This document shows positions 7,057-17,348 of a stretch of 64,000 nucleotides of DNA, piece by piece. Source of the stretch: a virus (taxonomy: Duplodnaviria; Heunggongvirae; Uroviricota; Caudoviricetes). The stretch is from positions 1,630-65,629 of the IMG/VR virus record IMGVR_UViG_3300021399_000101; one strand, written 5' to 3'. Below the pieces are notes generated by a model. The model was not told where the DNA came from. It did no database searches and saw only the letters and a program-made list of their open reading frames with translations. Both the position numbers and the translations under genes were made by a program. Numbering within the stretch: the stretch's first letter is position 1; the number at the start of each line of letters is the position of its first letter.

Positions 7057-8790
7057 ATGCTTTTAAATGAGAGTGGAATAAGACTACCAAAAGGAACAAA
7101 AAGCGCTACAATTTTAACGCACCGTGACTTAGATGGATTTGTTTCTGGACTTTTAGTATATAATCAATTAATAAGGCAGGGAATCCCTGCAGAAAGAATA
7201 AATATAAAATTTGTTCAGTATGGCGATAATGATATACTTGATAAGGCAACCAGAAAAAACAAGAATCAAGCAATATTATCATGTGACTTCTCTGCATTTC
7301 CAAAAATAAACATGGAAGACAGCTGGAATGGTTTTGCAAAGACATATGACAAAGAAAAAGACAGAAATTTCAGTCCTGATAAATCTGCAAGTTATGAATC
7401 TTTCAAGAAGCAGTTCATAAATTCAAAACCAAGCTTTAAAACAATTTCTGATTTCCTTAAGAAAAACAATCCGAATGCTGTTCTGTTCGCGAAGCCAAAA
7501 GACTCATCAGTAAGAATTTCATTGGAAAACTTTATTAATGGGTGGAAGTCACACAAAGGAAACGATGATGTTGCCCTTACAGATTTAGATTGGACATCTG
7601 ACCATCACTCAAACGAAAAAGGCGATTTGGTTCCTGGAAAATCCGGAAAGATAGGAGCCAATTATCCTTCTGACTCAGAGCATATAGCAACTGTTGCAGC
7701 CCAAGGCTTAATGAATTGGGATGATATAGAAGCAGTATCGAGAGTAGACTCAGCCAAATATAAAAATTTGAAAGATGTTTTATCTCTTCCATCTGCTCTT
7801 GGAAGCAAAGACAGAAAGGAAAGGCTTGCTATATTAATTACTGCAATGATAGGCCCTATTGTATCAAATAATGATAGGCTTGCAGAATTAATGATCAAGC
7901 GTTCAACACCAAGTTTAATATCCATATATAATAATGCTCTTAAGATTGCAAAGCTTACAGATAACGAGCTTAAGGTTCTAAGCGAGCTTAAAAATGAAAA
8001 GCCAGATTGGAATTTAATAAACGAACTGACAAAAGACCTTCCTGAGCATGAAAAGAAAAAACTTCTTCAGAACAGAGATGAAAACAAGAAAATAAAACCT
8101 GTTCAGAGTGTTGATGCTTTAAGAAATAAAAACATCAACAACATTGAAAGAGAAAAAAAGATTGATAAATCTGATTTTAAATTCTATGGAAATATAGCAG
8201 TATTTGAATCAAGAGTAAGAACTGACCAACCATCAAGATATTTATTCGCATTCTTGGAGCATGAAGGTAAACAGCCAGCTTTCTCAATAAGAAAATTCCC
8301 TGGAATGGGAATGATTCAAGTATCATGTTCTCCGCTTCTTTCCGAAAAAGATAAAGAATCAATTGACCTAGAGGCTGTATGTAAAGATGCTATAAAAGCC
8401 GCTAAAGAAAAAGGGCTTCTAAATGACTTTACGGAAAAGCTCATTCTTCAGAAATCCGGTGGCCATAAAGCAATTTATAATTTAAGTAATCTTGGTATAG
8501 TTGGAAATATAACACCAACACCAGGAGAAAGATATAGAATTAAAGACTTAACTGATTACGAAAACAGAAGAAAAGCGCTTTATAAGAATGCAGTTTCTGA
8601 ACTTACAAAGAAAAACGCAAAAGCACTTCCAAATAAAGGAAAAGAGCTGGAATCTTTAAAATCAATTAAAAGTAAGGCAAATAAAGAGGTATATGATTTC
8701 TTAGTTGATTATATAATAAGAGAGCTTAAATCTAGATATGGAAATATACAACCCAAGTTGTCAGACTTTAAGATAAAGATGGAGAATTGA
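7057..8790 (+). CDS. DHH/DHHA1-family phosphoesterase
   Basis: ILTHRDLDG (motif I), SCDFS (II), TSDHH (III), and C-terminal SGGHKA (DHHA1-type GGH). Confidence 0.75.
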   Translation: MLLNESGIRLPKGTKSATILTHRDLDGFVSGLLVYNQLIRQGIPAERINIKFVQYGDNDILDKATRKNKNQAILSCDFSAFPKINMEDSWNGFAKTYDKEKDRNFSPDKSASYESFKKQFINSKPSFKTISDFLKKNNPNAVLFAKPKDSSVRISLENFINGWKSHKGNDDVALTDLDWTSDHHSNEKGDLVPGKSGKIGANYPSDSEHIATVAAQGLMNWDDIEAVSRVDSAKYKNLKDVLSLPSALGSKDRKERLAILITAMIGPIVSNNDRLAELMIKRSTPSLISIYNNALKIAKLTDNELKVLSELKNEKPDWNLINELTKDLPEHEKKKLLQNRDENKKIKPVQSVDALRNKNINNIEREKKIDKSDFKFYGNIAVFESRVRTDQPSRYLFAFLEHEGKQPAFSIRKFPGMGMIQVSCSPLLSEKDKESIDLEAVCKDAIKAAKEKGLLNDFTEKLILQKSGGHKAIYNLSNLGIVGNITPTPGERYRIKDLTDYENRRKALYKNAVSELTKKNAKALPNKGKELESLKSIKSKANKEVYDFLVDYIIRELKSRYGNIQPKLSDFKIKMEN

Positions 8791-8792
8791 AA

Positions 8793-9488
8793 ATGACACT
8801 CAGAGAAGACATTATAAGATATAGCGGTGAAACTCTTGAAGAGGGTAAGTTTAAAAACTTCCTTATAGCAAGTCTTGTTACAGCAGCAGCAGTTGCAGCA
8901 GCAATAAAAGGAGTTCCTGCTGGTAAAGCAGCATATGAGCAGTATAAATACGCATCTGCTCAGCCTACAAGTATGAAATACATGAAGGCTGATATGAATG
9001 CAAACAGGCAAGTTGCCAATTGGAGAGGAGAGGTAACAGTTTACACTCATTATGCAGTTGGTCAGAAGCAGCCGATTCTTGATATAGATATACATATGCC
9101 AAGATATGTCAGAGCTTCAATAAGCGGAAAATCTGAAAGAACAGAGATAGCCGAAGAAATTCAAGACCAGATTCTTGAACAGCTTGATGGATATCTTGAC
9201 GAAATAAAGAGAAACAGCAGCAAACTCGAAAAGTATTTCAGCAAGGATACATATATCGGAGATGTTAAGCCGCTTAAGGTTCAGATTGACTTTAAGGCAA
9301 CAGATAAGGAAATCGAAGAAATTGACGACGCCAAACTGTCCGATAAAGAAAGTGCAAAAGCAGAGTTCAGTTGGCTTTCTAGAATTGTAGGACTAAATAT
9401 TTCCAATGAAGTCGCAAGAAAACTTGGCATTAACAGAGAGCATGTTGACATTTTCATTAACGGTCAATCAGCAGCATTTAAAAAATAA
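8793..9488 (+). CDS. Putative capsid-internal/ejection protein with a hydrophobic helix
   Basis: MTLREDIIRYSGETLEEGKFK followed by hydrophobic LIASLVTAAAVAAAI. ATG 8793 has SD GGAG and is preferred over TTG 8787. Confidence 0.65.
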   Translation: MTLREDIIRYSGETLEEGKFKNFLIASLVTAAAVAAAIKGVPAGKAAYEQYKYASAQPTSMKYMKADMNANRQVANWRGEVTVYTHYAVGQKQPILDIDIHMPRYVRASISGKSERTEIAEEIQDQILEQLDGYLDEIKRNSSKLEKYFSKDTYIGDVKPLKVQIDFKATDKEIEEIDDAKLSDKESAKAEFSWLSRIVGLNISNEVARKLGINREHVDIFINGQSAAFKK

Positions 9489-9499
9489 GAGGAAATAAT

Positions 9500-10162
9500 A
9501 TGGCACTTATTACATTAAGAGAAGAAGTTTTAAAGAATTCAGGAATTTTAACCGAAGAAATATTGGAAGAGGGGTTCTTCAAGAAAGCTCTTGCTATTGC
9601 TACTGTTATTGCTGCATTGGGTGGAGCTGCATTTATTGGCCCAAAAGTAACAAAAGAAGTAAAACAGTATAAGAATGTCAAGGATGTTCCAGTTGCGACA
9701 AGATATGAAAAGGCTGATATAGAAACAAATAAAAATATCAAGAACAAAGAGTATGAGAATACTTTTAAATCAAGCTGGATTAACAAAGTTTTCGAAAAGA
9801 TGAAGTATGTCAAATCTATTAAGTCTGAATATAATGACAGAAACAATCAGGCTGTTTTGAATATCTATATTGATTTTTCGTTTGAAGGCGGCGACCTTAT
9901 AGAAGCACAAGATAGATTAAAAGAAGAAATCACATCAGCTTTTAATGAATATACAACATATTTAAACAATCAATATAGTAAAATAGAGGATAAAATTGGA
10001 AAAACAGAATTCAATAGAACTCCATTGAAAGTTGTCTATAATATTTCAGTTTCAGATTATATTAGAAGTTATATGAAAAAAGTCAATGTTCTTAGAACTG
10101 ATGAATTAAGACGTATAGCCAAACAATATACTGGAACAGATTCTGTTGAATTTGCTTTTTAA
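9500..10162 (+). CDS. Putative capsid-internal/ejection protein; N-terminus paralogous to 8793..9488
   Basis: TLREEVLKNSG...ILEEGFFKK followed by hydrophobic ALAIATVIAALGGAAFIG. Confidence 0.65.
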   Translation: MALITLREEVLKNSGILTEEILEEGFFKKALAIATVIAALGGAAFIGPKVTKEVKQYKNVKDVPVATRYEKADIETNKNIKNKEYENTFKSSWINKVFEKMKYVKSIKSEYNDRNNQAVLNIYIDFSFEGGDLIEAQDRLKEEITSAFNEYTTYLNNQYSKIEDKIGKTEFNRTPLKVVYNISVSDYIRSYMKKVNVLRTDELRRIAKQYTGTDSVEFAF

Positions 10163-10196
10163 TGAAAAATAAATAATCAGCAATTTGTAAAACTCA

Positions 10197-10223
10197 AAGC
10201 GGTCTTCGGGCCGCTTCTTTTTT
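10197..10223 (+). terminator. Rho-independent terminator fused to a promoter motif
   Basis: AAGCGGTC-TTCG-GGCCGCTT-CTTTTTT, then AAGTTAAAT. Confidence 0.85.
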
Positions 10224-10239
10224 AAGTTAAATTATAGGT

Positions 10240-10860
10240 ATGCCTGGAACAATAGTAAGTTGGATATTAAATAGAATAAGAATGTTCGGTAATAGATTTT
10301 CTGGAACATTCGGAAACTCATATAGAGTCATGTATGCTGGAACTATAGTCAAAATGACATATTCCAATTATAAACATGACCCAAATCCTTTAATCTTTGT
10401 TCTTTATTCTGGCGTAAAATATACTCATGCGCTTAATCTAAATTATTTAAATCAGCAAGAAAAACAATATATAGGAAGATTAATATACGCTCTTAGAAGA
10501 GGAAATCAAATTATTGATGGACATTCATTATATATGATTCTTAAGAGAGACGTATATTATAGTATAGTAAGGAAATGTTATAGGACATATTTTTCAAATC
10601 TTATAATGAATCCTAAAATGGTAAGTGCCGGGTTTACACCGTTAAATAGACTTGTTTATCCATATAATGACCCATTCGTTGTAGCACTTAATAGATATTT
10701 AAATAATGAAAATTTAAACTATACACAGCCAACTCAAATCTCTTATTATCCGCAAGAGTTAAGAGATAGAATAAATCTGGCAATACATAGCGTACCAATA
10801 GGAAGAGCAACAGTACCTGCTACTACTCCTGCTACCACACCAACTATCAGAAATGTTTAA
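10240..10860 (+). CDS. T4 gp2-like DNA end protector
   Basis: MTYSNYKHDPNPLIFVL...ALNLNYL...KCYRTY resembles the recalled gp2 pattern (F.Y..K..D..PL..GLNLHYL..C...Y). Confidence 0.5.
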   Translation: MPGTIVSWILNRIRMFGNRFSGTFGNSYRVMYAGTIVKMTYSNYKHDPNPLIFVLYSGVKYTHALNLNYLNQQEKQYIGRLIYALRRGNQIIDGHSLYMILKRDVYYSIVRKCYRTYFSNLIMNPKMVSAGFTPLNRLVYPYNDPFVVALNRYLNNENLNYTQPTQISYYPQELRDRINLAIHSVPIGRATVPATTPATTPTIRNV

Positions 10861-10871
10861 TCGGAGATAAT

Positions 10872-13800
10872 ATGTCAAAAAAAGTAATACTTAATAACAT
10901 GTTCGGAACAGAGGGCAAGCAATATATATATATTCCTGATGAATCTGAAGACATAATAAAAGCAATTTCCTCAACATATAATTTAATATATAAATATTTT
11001 AGTGAGACATTAAATGTTGATGAATTGGAAAATTCCTTTGATAATTTAATTAATGAATTTGGCACGTTTACTGAATCTGTCTCCGGAAAAAGCTTATTGG
11101 ATGATTTTAAAGTAATATCAAATAATTATGATTTAATAACAAGCACAATTAAAAATGGAGATTATAATTATAGTAATACTATAGGGTCTATACCATTTAA
11201 TATAACTTATTATTCGATATTTAAATATAGTGATAATGGTAGTAAGGTAAATTATTACTTAGAAGAAGTAGATGACAATATTTATGAAATCGCATATGAT
11301 GAAGAAGTTGGAAAGAATGTCTGGAGATTTAAGCCAGATAATAATTTTTTTAACCTAATGGATGCTTTTATCGGAGAATCGTGGAGAGATTCTGGAGCAA
11401 CACTTGACCCTCCAGCTTGGTTTTCTGGCAAGCAAAAAGACATTGATATTGTTTCTCTTTTAACAAAAGGATACTATAAATTTAAAAATAATTATTATTA
11501 TGTATTCAAAGATGAAACAGAAATAAAATATTATATATATAGTTGTGTATCTAGTAGTACAAAATATGTTAAAGTCGGAGATGGCTTCACAATAAATTTT
11601 CCAATTCCAATGCATTATGGTCTGCAGGAGAAAATGGAAGAAGCCATTAAAGAAAAAATAACTAAACAGACAACGGAATCTTTAAATTTACATGATTTTA
11701 GTTATCAATTTGGAACTACTGATGTTAAGGTTCGCTCAGTATCAGATGATGTAAATAAATATAAAAATATATTTGAATATGCAACTGGTCTTGCAAAATC
11801 ATATATAGAAGAATTAAGAAAAAGCGATGCAAAAGTAACAACAAACAGTTTATATAAAGACCCATATATCTATAAACTATTTAATAAAATAGTTGGAATA
11901 ACAAACGACTCTTCTGGCTTTAAATTTAACAAAAATACAAAAACAAAAATATTTGACTCTGAAAATTATGGTGCCGGAATTATAGCTTTTTTATCATCAA
12001 AAATAAGAAAGTATTCTAACGATTATTTAGCCGTAGCTAAAGACGACAAAATGAATTCTGCGTCAGAAATAAACTTGAAAAAGAGTTCACAAAAAGAAGA
12101 CGCAAATATAAATAGTTATATTATAGGAAGTTTTATTAAACCTGAAGATAGAGCTAGAGTCAGAAAATCTGAAGATATCAATATAATTAATAAAGATAGC
12201 GATTGCACAGAATATTTTAATTCTTTATCTTCACTATTAAATGATAATGATGATTTAAATAAATCTTTTTATTTTTATGAAACAGCTATATATGGCGATG
12301 GAAAAGATGGTCTTGATAACAGAGCAAATGATATCCCAAGGAATGCACAAATTGAGTTCGGAGAACAAACAAACGAATTAGAGTATTGCAAACAAAAAAT
12401 TGATGAATTCTGTAAAATCAGCGGTACTGTTATATCTAAATTTGTCTTTGTTTCTTTATTTGACATAAAAAAAATTGATAGCAGTGATTATAAACTAAAC
12501 AATAAATATATATTACAATGTAGCAATTTTAAATATTCCATGAAATATTCAACAACAAATCAAATAATGTTGATAGATGGAGAATATTTTTATGAATATG
12601 ATAAAGCATATGAGTCTCTTGGAAAGAAAGTACTATCATATTTAAATGAAATAATAAAAATATCTGGAAATTTAGGTGAAGATGAAGACAGAAATGATAA
12701 AACTGATAAAATTGCAGAAAATTTTAATAGCTATATAAAATCAAGAATATCTGACAATTATTTCACTGAAAAAGATTATTTCTATATAAACGACAATGGT
12801 ATTAAAAGAGTCCCATCAAATTCATTTGTTGATATAGAATTTAGGGTTCCTGATTATTCTGAAGATGATACTAAAATAAATGTTGTTTGGATTCCAGTAA
12901 CATCTGTAAGAACGCATCTAAATACTGAAAACGATGCTGATATAGTTTTTAATAAAGATAAGGGCTATAGAGAAATACATGCCGGAACTTATTTCGATTC
13001 GCTTGAACTTACAGATAATGGTGGTATAAAAGAGATAAGTTTAAACCTAAAATCTGTTAATGACATGAATCTCGAAAAAATAATATTTAATTCGTTGTCA
13101 TTAGACAATAAATTAAAAGCAAAAGCCGCGTCGTCAGATAATATAGCAAGTTATTTAGATAAAATGCTGAAAGATACGGATTCTAATTTTAGAGTTAGAT
13201 TCGGATACAGAGATGTTGCAACAAACGACCCGTCAAATAACGAAACAACTATAACTGACTCAAACAATTCAGATAAAGGTTTTTTAAATAGAACGAGAAC
13301 ATATACAAAAACAGTAAACGGTAAAGATACAACATATGTAAAGCCTGTAATGGTTTATCCATGGACATATTTTAAAATTACAGGGTTGGATTCTCGCATA
13401 AAAGACGGAGATGATACATATAGCATAAAAGGAATAAGCTCTGGGTCTTATATTTTAGACAATATGTCATTATGCGGAATCTCAACAAACTTCTCAAGAG
13501 AATCAAGTGATGAGGATTTTAGAGGAACTCCTAAAAATGTAGTTGGAAAGTTAGCAAAATGGATTACGCTTGCATCAACAGATAATAGTAAAAATAAAGA
13601 CCGCGACATTACAACTGCAAGAATCTGTTTCTTAGGAGATGAACAAGGTACAATAATTACAGATTTTAACAATCTGGATGACAAGTTTGAAAGTGATTAC
13701 AGATATGTTTTAAAAGGCGAAAGTTTTCTTTCTGGCGGAAATATTGAAACAATCGAAGATAAATTCTTTAATGCATCTACAAACCAGGTTTTAAACGCCA

Positions 13801-14828
13801 AGAATTTTAATATTACAAATGATGTTAAAATGCCAAGCGTTAAAGAAATCATGGACAGTTTAATGAAGTGGTTGCCAGATAGAGTATATTATATCGCTAA
13901 GGTCGAAAATAGAATTGCGGCTTTATATATACCATATGATACAATTTATAAAATGGGAGATTTCTTTGGAAACAATCCGTATAAGACAGAAAAAATGTCC
14001 TATCAGGTTATAGAAGCAGATGCTCATATATATAAAGACGGAGAGGATAAAGGCGATTCAAGCGAGGACGGATATTTCCATAAAGTATATTTCATAAGAA
14101 TGTATTTTGAAGGCCCTGGTTTATCGGCATCAAAAGACGGAACTATACCAAATGAATATCTAAGAATATATAATTATCGCTCTCTTCAAGAACAGGTAAT
14201 AGAAAATGTTGAAATATCTTCGACAAATGATTCTGAATTTGGTAATACAGTATCTTCAGTGATGTTGCTGGGAAGCGGAACGCCTGTTGTATTTACATAT
14301 GATAAAGAAAGCGGTGTAACTTCTAACGAATTAACATCTGTTTCAAATGGTGATACAATAAGTCGTAATGATGTTATAGGTGGAAAAGATGAAGGTATGT
14401 ATAGCTCTTGGTTTACTTCAAAATCAAAAGCTGAAATAAATCCAAAACTTGTATACAACAATTCGCAATATATTTTGAGTGATGTAAAGGGTTATGAAAA
14501 TTTTGATGCAATATCATCAATGTATGAAATTGAAGCATCAAGATTCTTTACAGACCAGCAGAATAAACAATATGAGGGTGAGATAACAATATTAGGTGAC
14601 CCGTTCTATTATTTTGATTCAGAAGTTCAAGCAGGAAAATATGAAATATATCTGCAAATGAATCGTGTAAAAAACATGAAAACTTATGAAATAGAAGAGT
14701 CAAAATATTCCGGTGTATATTTCATAAAAGGAATAAGGCACAATATTGATAGCACGGGAAAATATTTGACAACGCTTTCTGTGGTTAAACGAATTTTTGG
14801 TAATGATGATGGTAGTAGTAGTAAATAA
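10872..14828 (+). CDS. Large baseplate hub protein (gp27 / late-control-D-like C-terminus)
   Basis: C-terminal YEGEITILGDP...YSGVYFIKGIRHNIDSTGKYLTTLSVVK is typical of gpD/gp27 hubs; sits just before the tape measure gene. Confidence 0.7.
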   Translation: MSKKVILNNMFGTEGKQYIYIPDESEDIIKAISSTYNLIYKYFSETLNVDELENSFDNLINEFGTFTESVSGKSLLDDFKVISNNYDLITSTIKNGDYNYSNTIGSIPFNITYYSIFKYSDNGSKVNYYLEEVDDNIYEIAYDEEVGKNVWRFKPDNNFFNLMDAFIGESWRDSGATLDPPAWFSGKQKDIDIVSLLTKGYYKFKNNYYYVFKDETEIKYYIYSCVSSSTKYVKVGDGFTINFPIPMHYGLQEKMEEAIKEKITKQTTESLNLHDFSYQFGTTDVKVRSVSDDVNKYKNIFEYATGLAKSYIEELRKSDAKVTTNSLYKDPYIYKLFNKIVGITNDSSGFKFNKNTKTKIFDSENYGAGIIAFLSSKIRKYSNDYLAVAKDDKMNSASEINLKKSSQKEDANINSYIIGSFIKPEDRARVRKSEDINIINKDSDCTEYFNSLSSLLNDNDDLNKSFYFYETAIYGDGKDGLDNRANDIPRNAQIEFGEQTNELEYCKQKIDEFCKISGTVISKFVFVSLFDIKKIDSSDYKLNNKYILQCSNFKYSMKYSTTNQIMLIDGEYFYEYDKAYESLGKKVLSYLNEIIKISGNLGEDEDRNDKTDKIAENFNSYIKSRISDNYFTEKDYFYINDNGIKRVPSNSFVDIEFRVPDYSEDDTKINVVWIPVTSVRTHLNTENDADIVFNKDKGYREIHAGTYFDSLELTDNGGIKEISLNLKSVNDMNLEKIIFNSLSLDNKLKAKAASSDNIASYLDKMLKDTDSNFRVRFGYRDVATNDPSNNETTITDSNNSDKGFLNRTRTYTKTVNGKDTTYVKPVMVYPWTYFKITGLDSRIKDGDDTYSIKGISSGSYILDNMSLCGISTNFSRESSDEDFRGTPKNVVGKLAKWITLASTDNSKNKDRDITTARICFLGDEQGTIITDFNNLDDKFESDYRYVLKGESFLSGGNIETIEDKFFNASTNQVLNAKNFNITNDVKMPSVKEIMDSLMKWLPDRVYYIAKVENRIAALYIPYDTIYKMGDFFGNNPYKTEKMSYQVIEADAHIYKDGEDKGDSSEDGYFHKVYFIRMYFEGPGLSASKDGTIPNEYLRIYNYRSLQEQVIENVEISSTNDSEFGNTVSSVMLLGSGTPVVFTYDKESGVTSNELTSVSNGDTISRNDVIGGKDEGMYSSWFTSKSKAEINPKLVYNNSQYILSDVKGYENFDAISSMYEIEASRFFTDQQNKQYEGEITILGDPFYYFDSEVQAGKYEIYLQMNRVKNMKTYEIEESKYSGVYFIKGIRHNIDSTGKYLTTLSVVKRIFGNDDGSSSK

Positions 14829-14832
14829 TTTA

Positions 14833-14859
14833 AAGCGGTCCTCGGACCGCTTCTTTTTT
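14833..14859 (+). terminator. Rho-independent terminator fused to a promoter motif
   Basis: AAGCGGTC-CTCG-GACCGCTT-CTTTTTT, then AAGATAATT; near-copy of the 10197 terminator. Confidence 0.85.
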
Positions 14860-14870
14860 AAGATAATTGT

Positions 14871-17348
14871 ATGGCTATATTAAAGGATTTATTAGGAAGC
14901 ACCACAGGAGAATTACTTGATAATTTAACAGAAGTCGGTGATACATATATAGACCTAGAAAAAATTATTCCAGTAGTTAATGAAATGTTAACTGACCAAG
15001 CATCTGAAATGAGGAAACTCAATAGAGAGCTTGGGAGCGGCTCTAAAACAACTGCAGAGCTTAGGTCTGATTTTGCATCATTATCAAGGCAGCTTGGTGT
15101 TACAACAAGAGATATATATGAGCTTGTTAACGAAACAAGACAGTATCACCAGGGCATAAAAGAAAGCACATCATCAACGCTTCAGTTTGTTAAAGCTAGC
15201 GGCGCTTCTATTGATATAATTGGAAAGTTCTCTGCAAAATTAAATATCTTAGGTAAGACATCAAAAAGTTCGTTTGACACAATGTATACAAACATTTTGT
15301 CTGTACGCGAAGCATACGGTCTTACCGATAATCAGATAGATGATATTATTGTCTCTTTGGGAAATTATGCAACTGTTACCGGCGCATCAAGCGAACAGAT
15401 GGAACGTGCGTCTATAACTCTTGCGAAATTTACATCTCAACTTACATCTGCTGGTATTGAAGCAGATAAAGTATCTGAGATAATAAATGGAATGCTTGAC
15501 CCAGACAGAATGACAGATAATCTTGTTCTTATGAGCAAGATTGGTGTGTCAATCACAGATATGGTGTCGGGCAACCCAATAGAGAAACTCGAAGGAAGCG
15601 CAGATAAACTAAAACAGATTGGTCAAGAAATTTCAAATATAGCCAAAACAAATAGAATCCAAGCAAACGAAGTCGCAAAAGTATATGGGCTTACGCTTGA
15701 ACAGGCGAACTTACTTGCAAATATGGACACAAGCGAGAACGCCCTTAATACGCAGAAGCAGCTAGAACAATACAGAAATGAGATGACAACATTTGTTGAG
15801 AGTATAAAATATACAGTAACAAGATTATCAGGCCTCATTTCCGGCCCTCTTGCTTATATAGGAAAAATATTTGAAACATTTGGTAATGTAATAGGAATGC
15901 TTCCTCGTGGAATAGGGGCATTAATTGTAGGTGTTACTGGTAAAAGAATATTAAATAAGATTTCTGAACATCTTGGTGATGCTGCTAAAAAATGGGGAAA
16001 AAATATAGCAGAGCCTTTAAAAGAATACATGAGCCAGGTTGATAAAAAATCAAAAAGCAAAAAATCTGACATGGATGCTCTTTCTCCAAAATTAGCGCGA
16101 GATGCAACAAATCTTGGTTTTGGATATAATTTTGCTTATAAGCAAGAAACAAAGCTTAATGAAAAACTAGCAAAAAAACGCGGCGCAAAAAAATCATCAG
16201 AGTTAGATATTGGAGAGGTAATTGAAAATTATCAGCAATACCAAAATTTCTACAATGAAATTCAAAAAGAAATAGAAAGAGCTGGCGGAGCTGGGACAAT
16301 AAAAGGAAGAGCTCTTAATAAAAAATATGCAGGAATGAGCGCTGCTCTTGAAAGAGTTGGAGGTATTATAGAAAATCAGGGCGGTAAGTATGGATACAAA
16401 AAATTTACCGAAGAAGATGAATATACACAAAATATAAAAGCTTATCAAAGAGCTTCAAAGAAAGAAGAAAAAGAAGCGGCAAGTATAACATTAATTGATG
16501 ATTTCCTTACAAAGCAAGAAGTAAATACCGGCTTTTTAAAAGACATGAATAGCGAAGCTATTCAACAAATGGCTGAAGTACTGAGTATCGGGGATTATAG
16601 TTCGCCAATTGAAGCTCTTAAAGCTCTTGAAGAATTCTTGGGCAACTCTAATCTTAAAGCTGCGAAAGAAGGTGTTAAAGGTGTAACACAAAAAATAGAT
16701 GATTTAGGTGATGAAGCAAAACAAGATACTAAATTCATAGAAGATGCCTCAGAATCATTGAAAGAACTTGGTAAATCGGCGCAAGGCGCAAAACTTGGGT
16801 TAGGCAATAGAATGCTTACCTTACTTGAGGGAGTCGGTCCATTTATAAGAAATAATTTAAAGAAAGTAATAGGTGCTGGCATAGGTGGTTTAGGGATTGG
16901 AATTCTATCTGCAATTGGCAAAAATGAAAAAATACAAGAAAGTTTATCTGGCGTAAAAGAAAGTATTTCCGGCGTGTTTAGTACACTTGTTGAAAGTATA
17001 TCTCCTGCTATAGAAGCTGTAAGTAATTGGATAAATGCTGCAATTAATTGGCTTAAACCAAAAATTGATGCAGTTGCTGAATTTATGGGAAAAATAGCTT
17101 CATGGTTTGGAGGTAAAGTATCAAAGTCTGTTGAAAGTATTGAAAAATCCGTTTCTGCAATTGAGGATACATATAAACAAGAAGACCTCAAGACAATGGT
17201 TGGCGGTGCTGCTGTATTTAATAGTGAAACAAATGAACTTCTTGCCAAACTTGACGATATTTACTATAAAGTAGTTGATGTGACTAAAAAACAGGATGTG
17301 GCCGCAGAAGCAGCAGTTGCTGGATATATCAGCGGGGGAGCTAAATGA
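14871..17348 (+). CDS. Tape measure protein
   Basis: 825 aa, mostly helical, A/S/G/K-rich, with Gly-rich hydrophobic segments (IGAGIGGLGIGILSAIG); lies between the hub and tube-initiator genes. Confidence 0.75.
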   Translation: MAILKDLLGSTTGELLDNLTEVGDTYIDLEKIIPVVNEMLTDQASEMRKLNRELGSGSKTTAELRSDFASLSRQLGVTTRDIYELVNETRQYHQGIKESTSSTLQFVKASGASIDIIGKFSAKLNILGKTSKSSFDTMYTNILSVREAYGLTDNQIDDIIVSLGNYATVTGASSEQMERASITLAKFTSQLTSAGIEADKVSEIINGMLDPDRMTDNLVLMSKIGVSITDMVSGNPIEKLEGSADKLKQIGQEISNIAKTNRIQANEVAKVYGLTLEQANLLANMDTSENALNTQKQLEQYRNEMTTFVESIKYTVTRLSGLISGPLAYIGKIFETFGNVIGMLPRGIGALIVGVTGKRILNKISEHLGDAAKKWGKNIAEPLKEYMSQVDKKSKSKKSDMDALSPKLARDATNLGFGYNFAYKQETKLNEKLAKKRGAKKSSELDIGEVIENYQQYQNFYNEIQKEIERAGGAGTIKGRALNKKYAGMSAALERVGGIIENQGGKYGYKKFTEEDEYTQNIKAYQRASKKEEKEAASITLIDDFLTKQEVNTGFLKDMNSEAIQQMAEVLSIGDYSSPIEALKALEEFLGNSNLKAAKEGVKGVTQKIDDLGDEAKQDTKFIEDASESLKELGKSAQGAKLGLGNRMLTLLEGVGPFIRNNLKKVIGAGIGGLGIGILSAIGKNEKIQESLSGVKESISGVFSTLVESISPAIEAVSNWINAAINWLKPKIDAVAEFMGKIASWFGGKVSKSVESIEKSVSAIEDTYKQEDLKTMVGGAAVFNSETNELLAKLDDIYYKVVDVTKKQDVAAEAAVAGYISGGAK

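Noticed and set aside
16595-17248. 217-aa antisense ORF in the tape measure gene and similar antisense ORFs in structural genes
   Set aside because: Typical antisense shadows with no independent signals.
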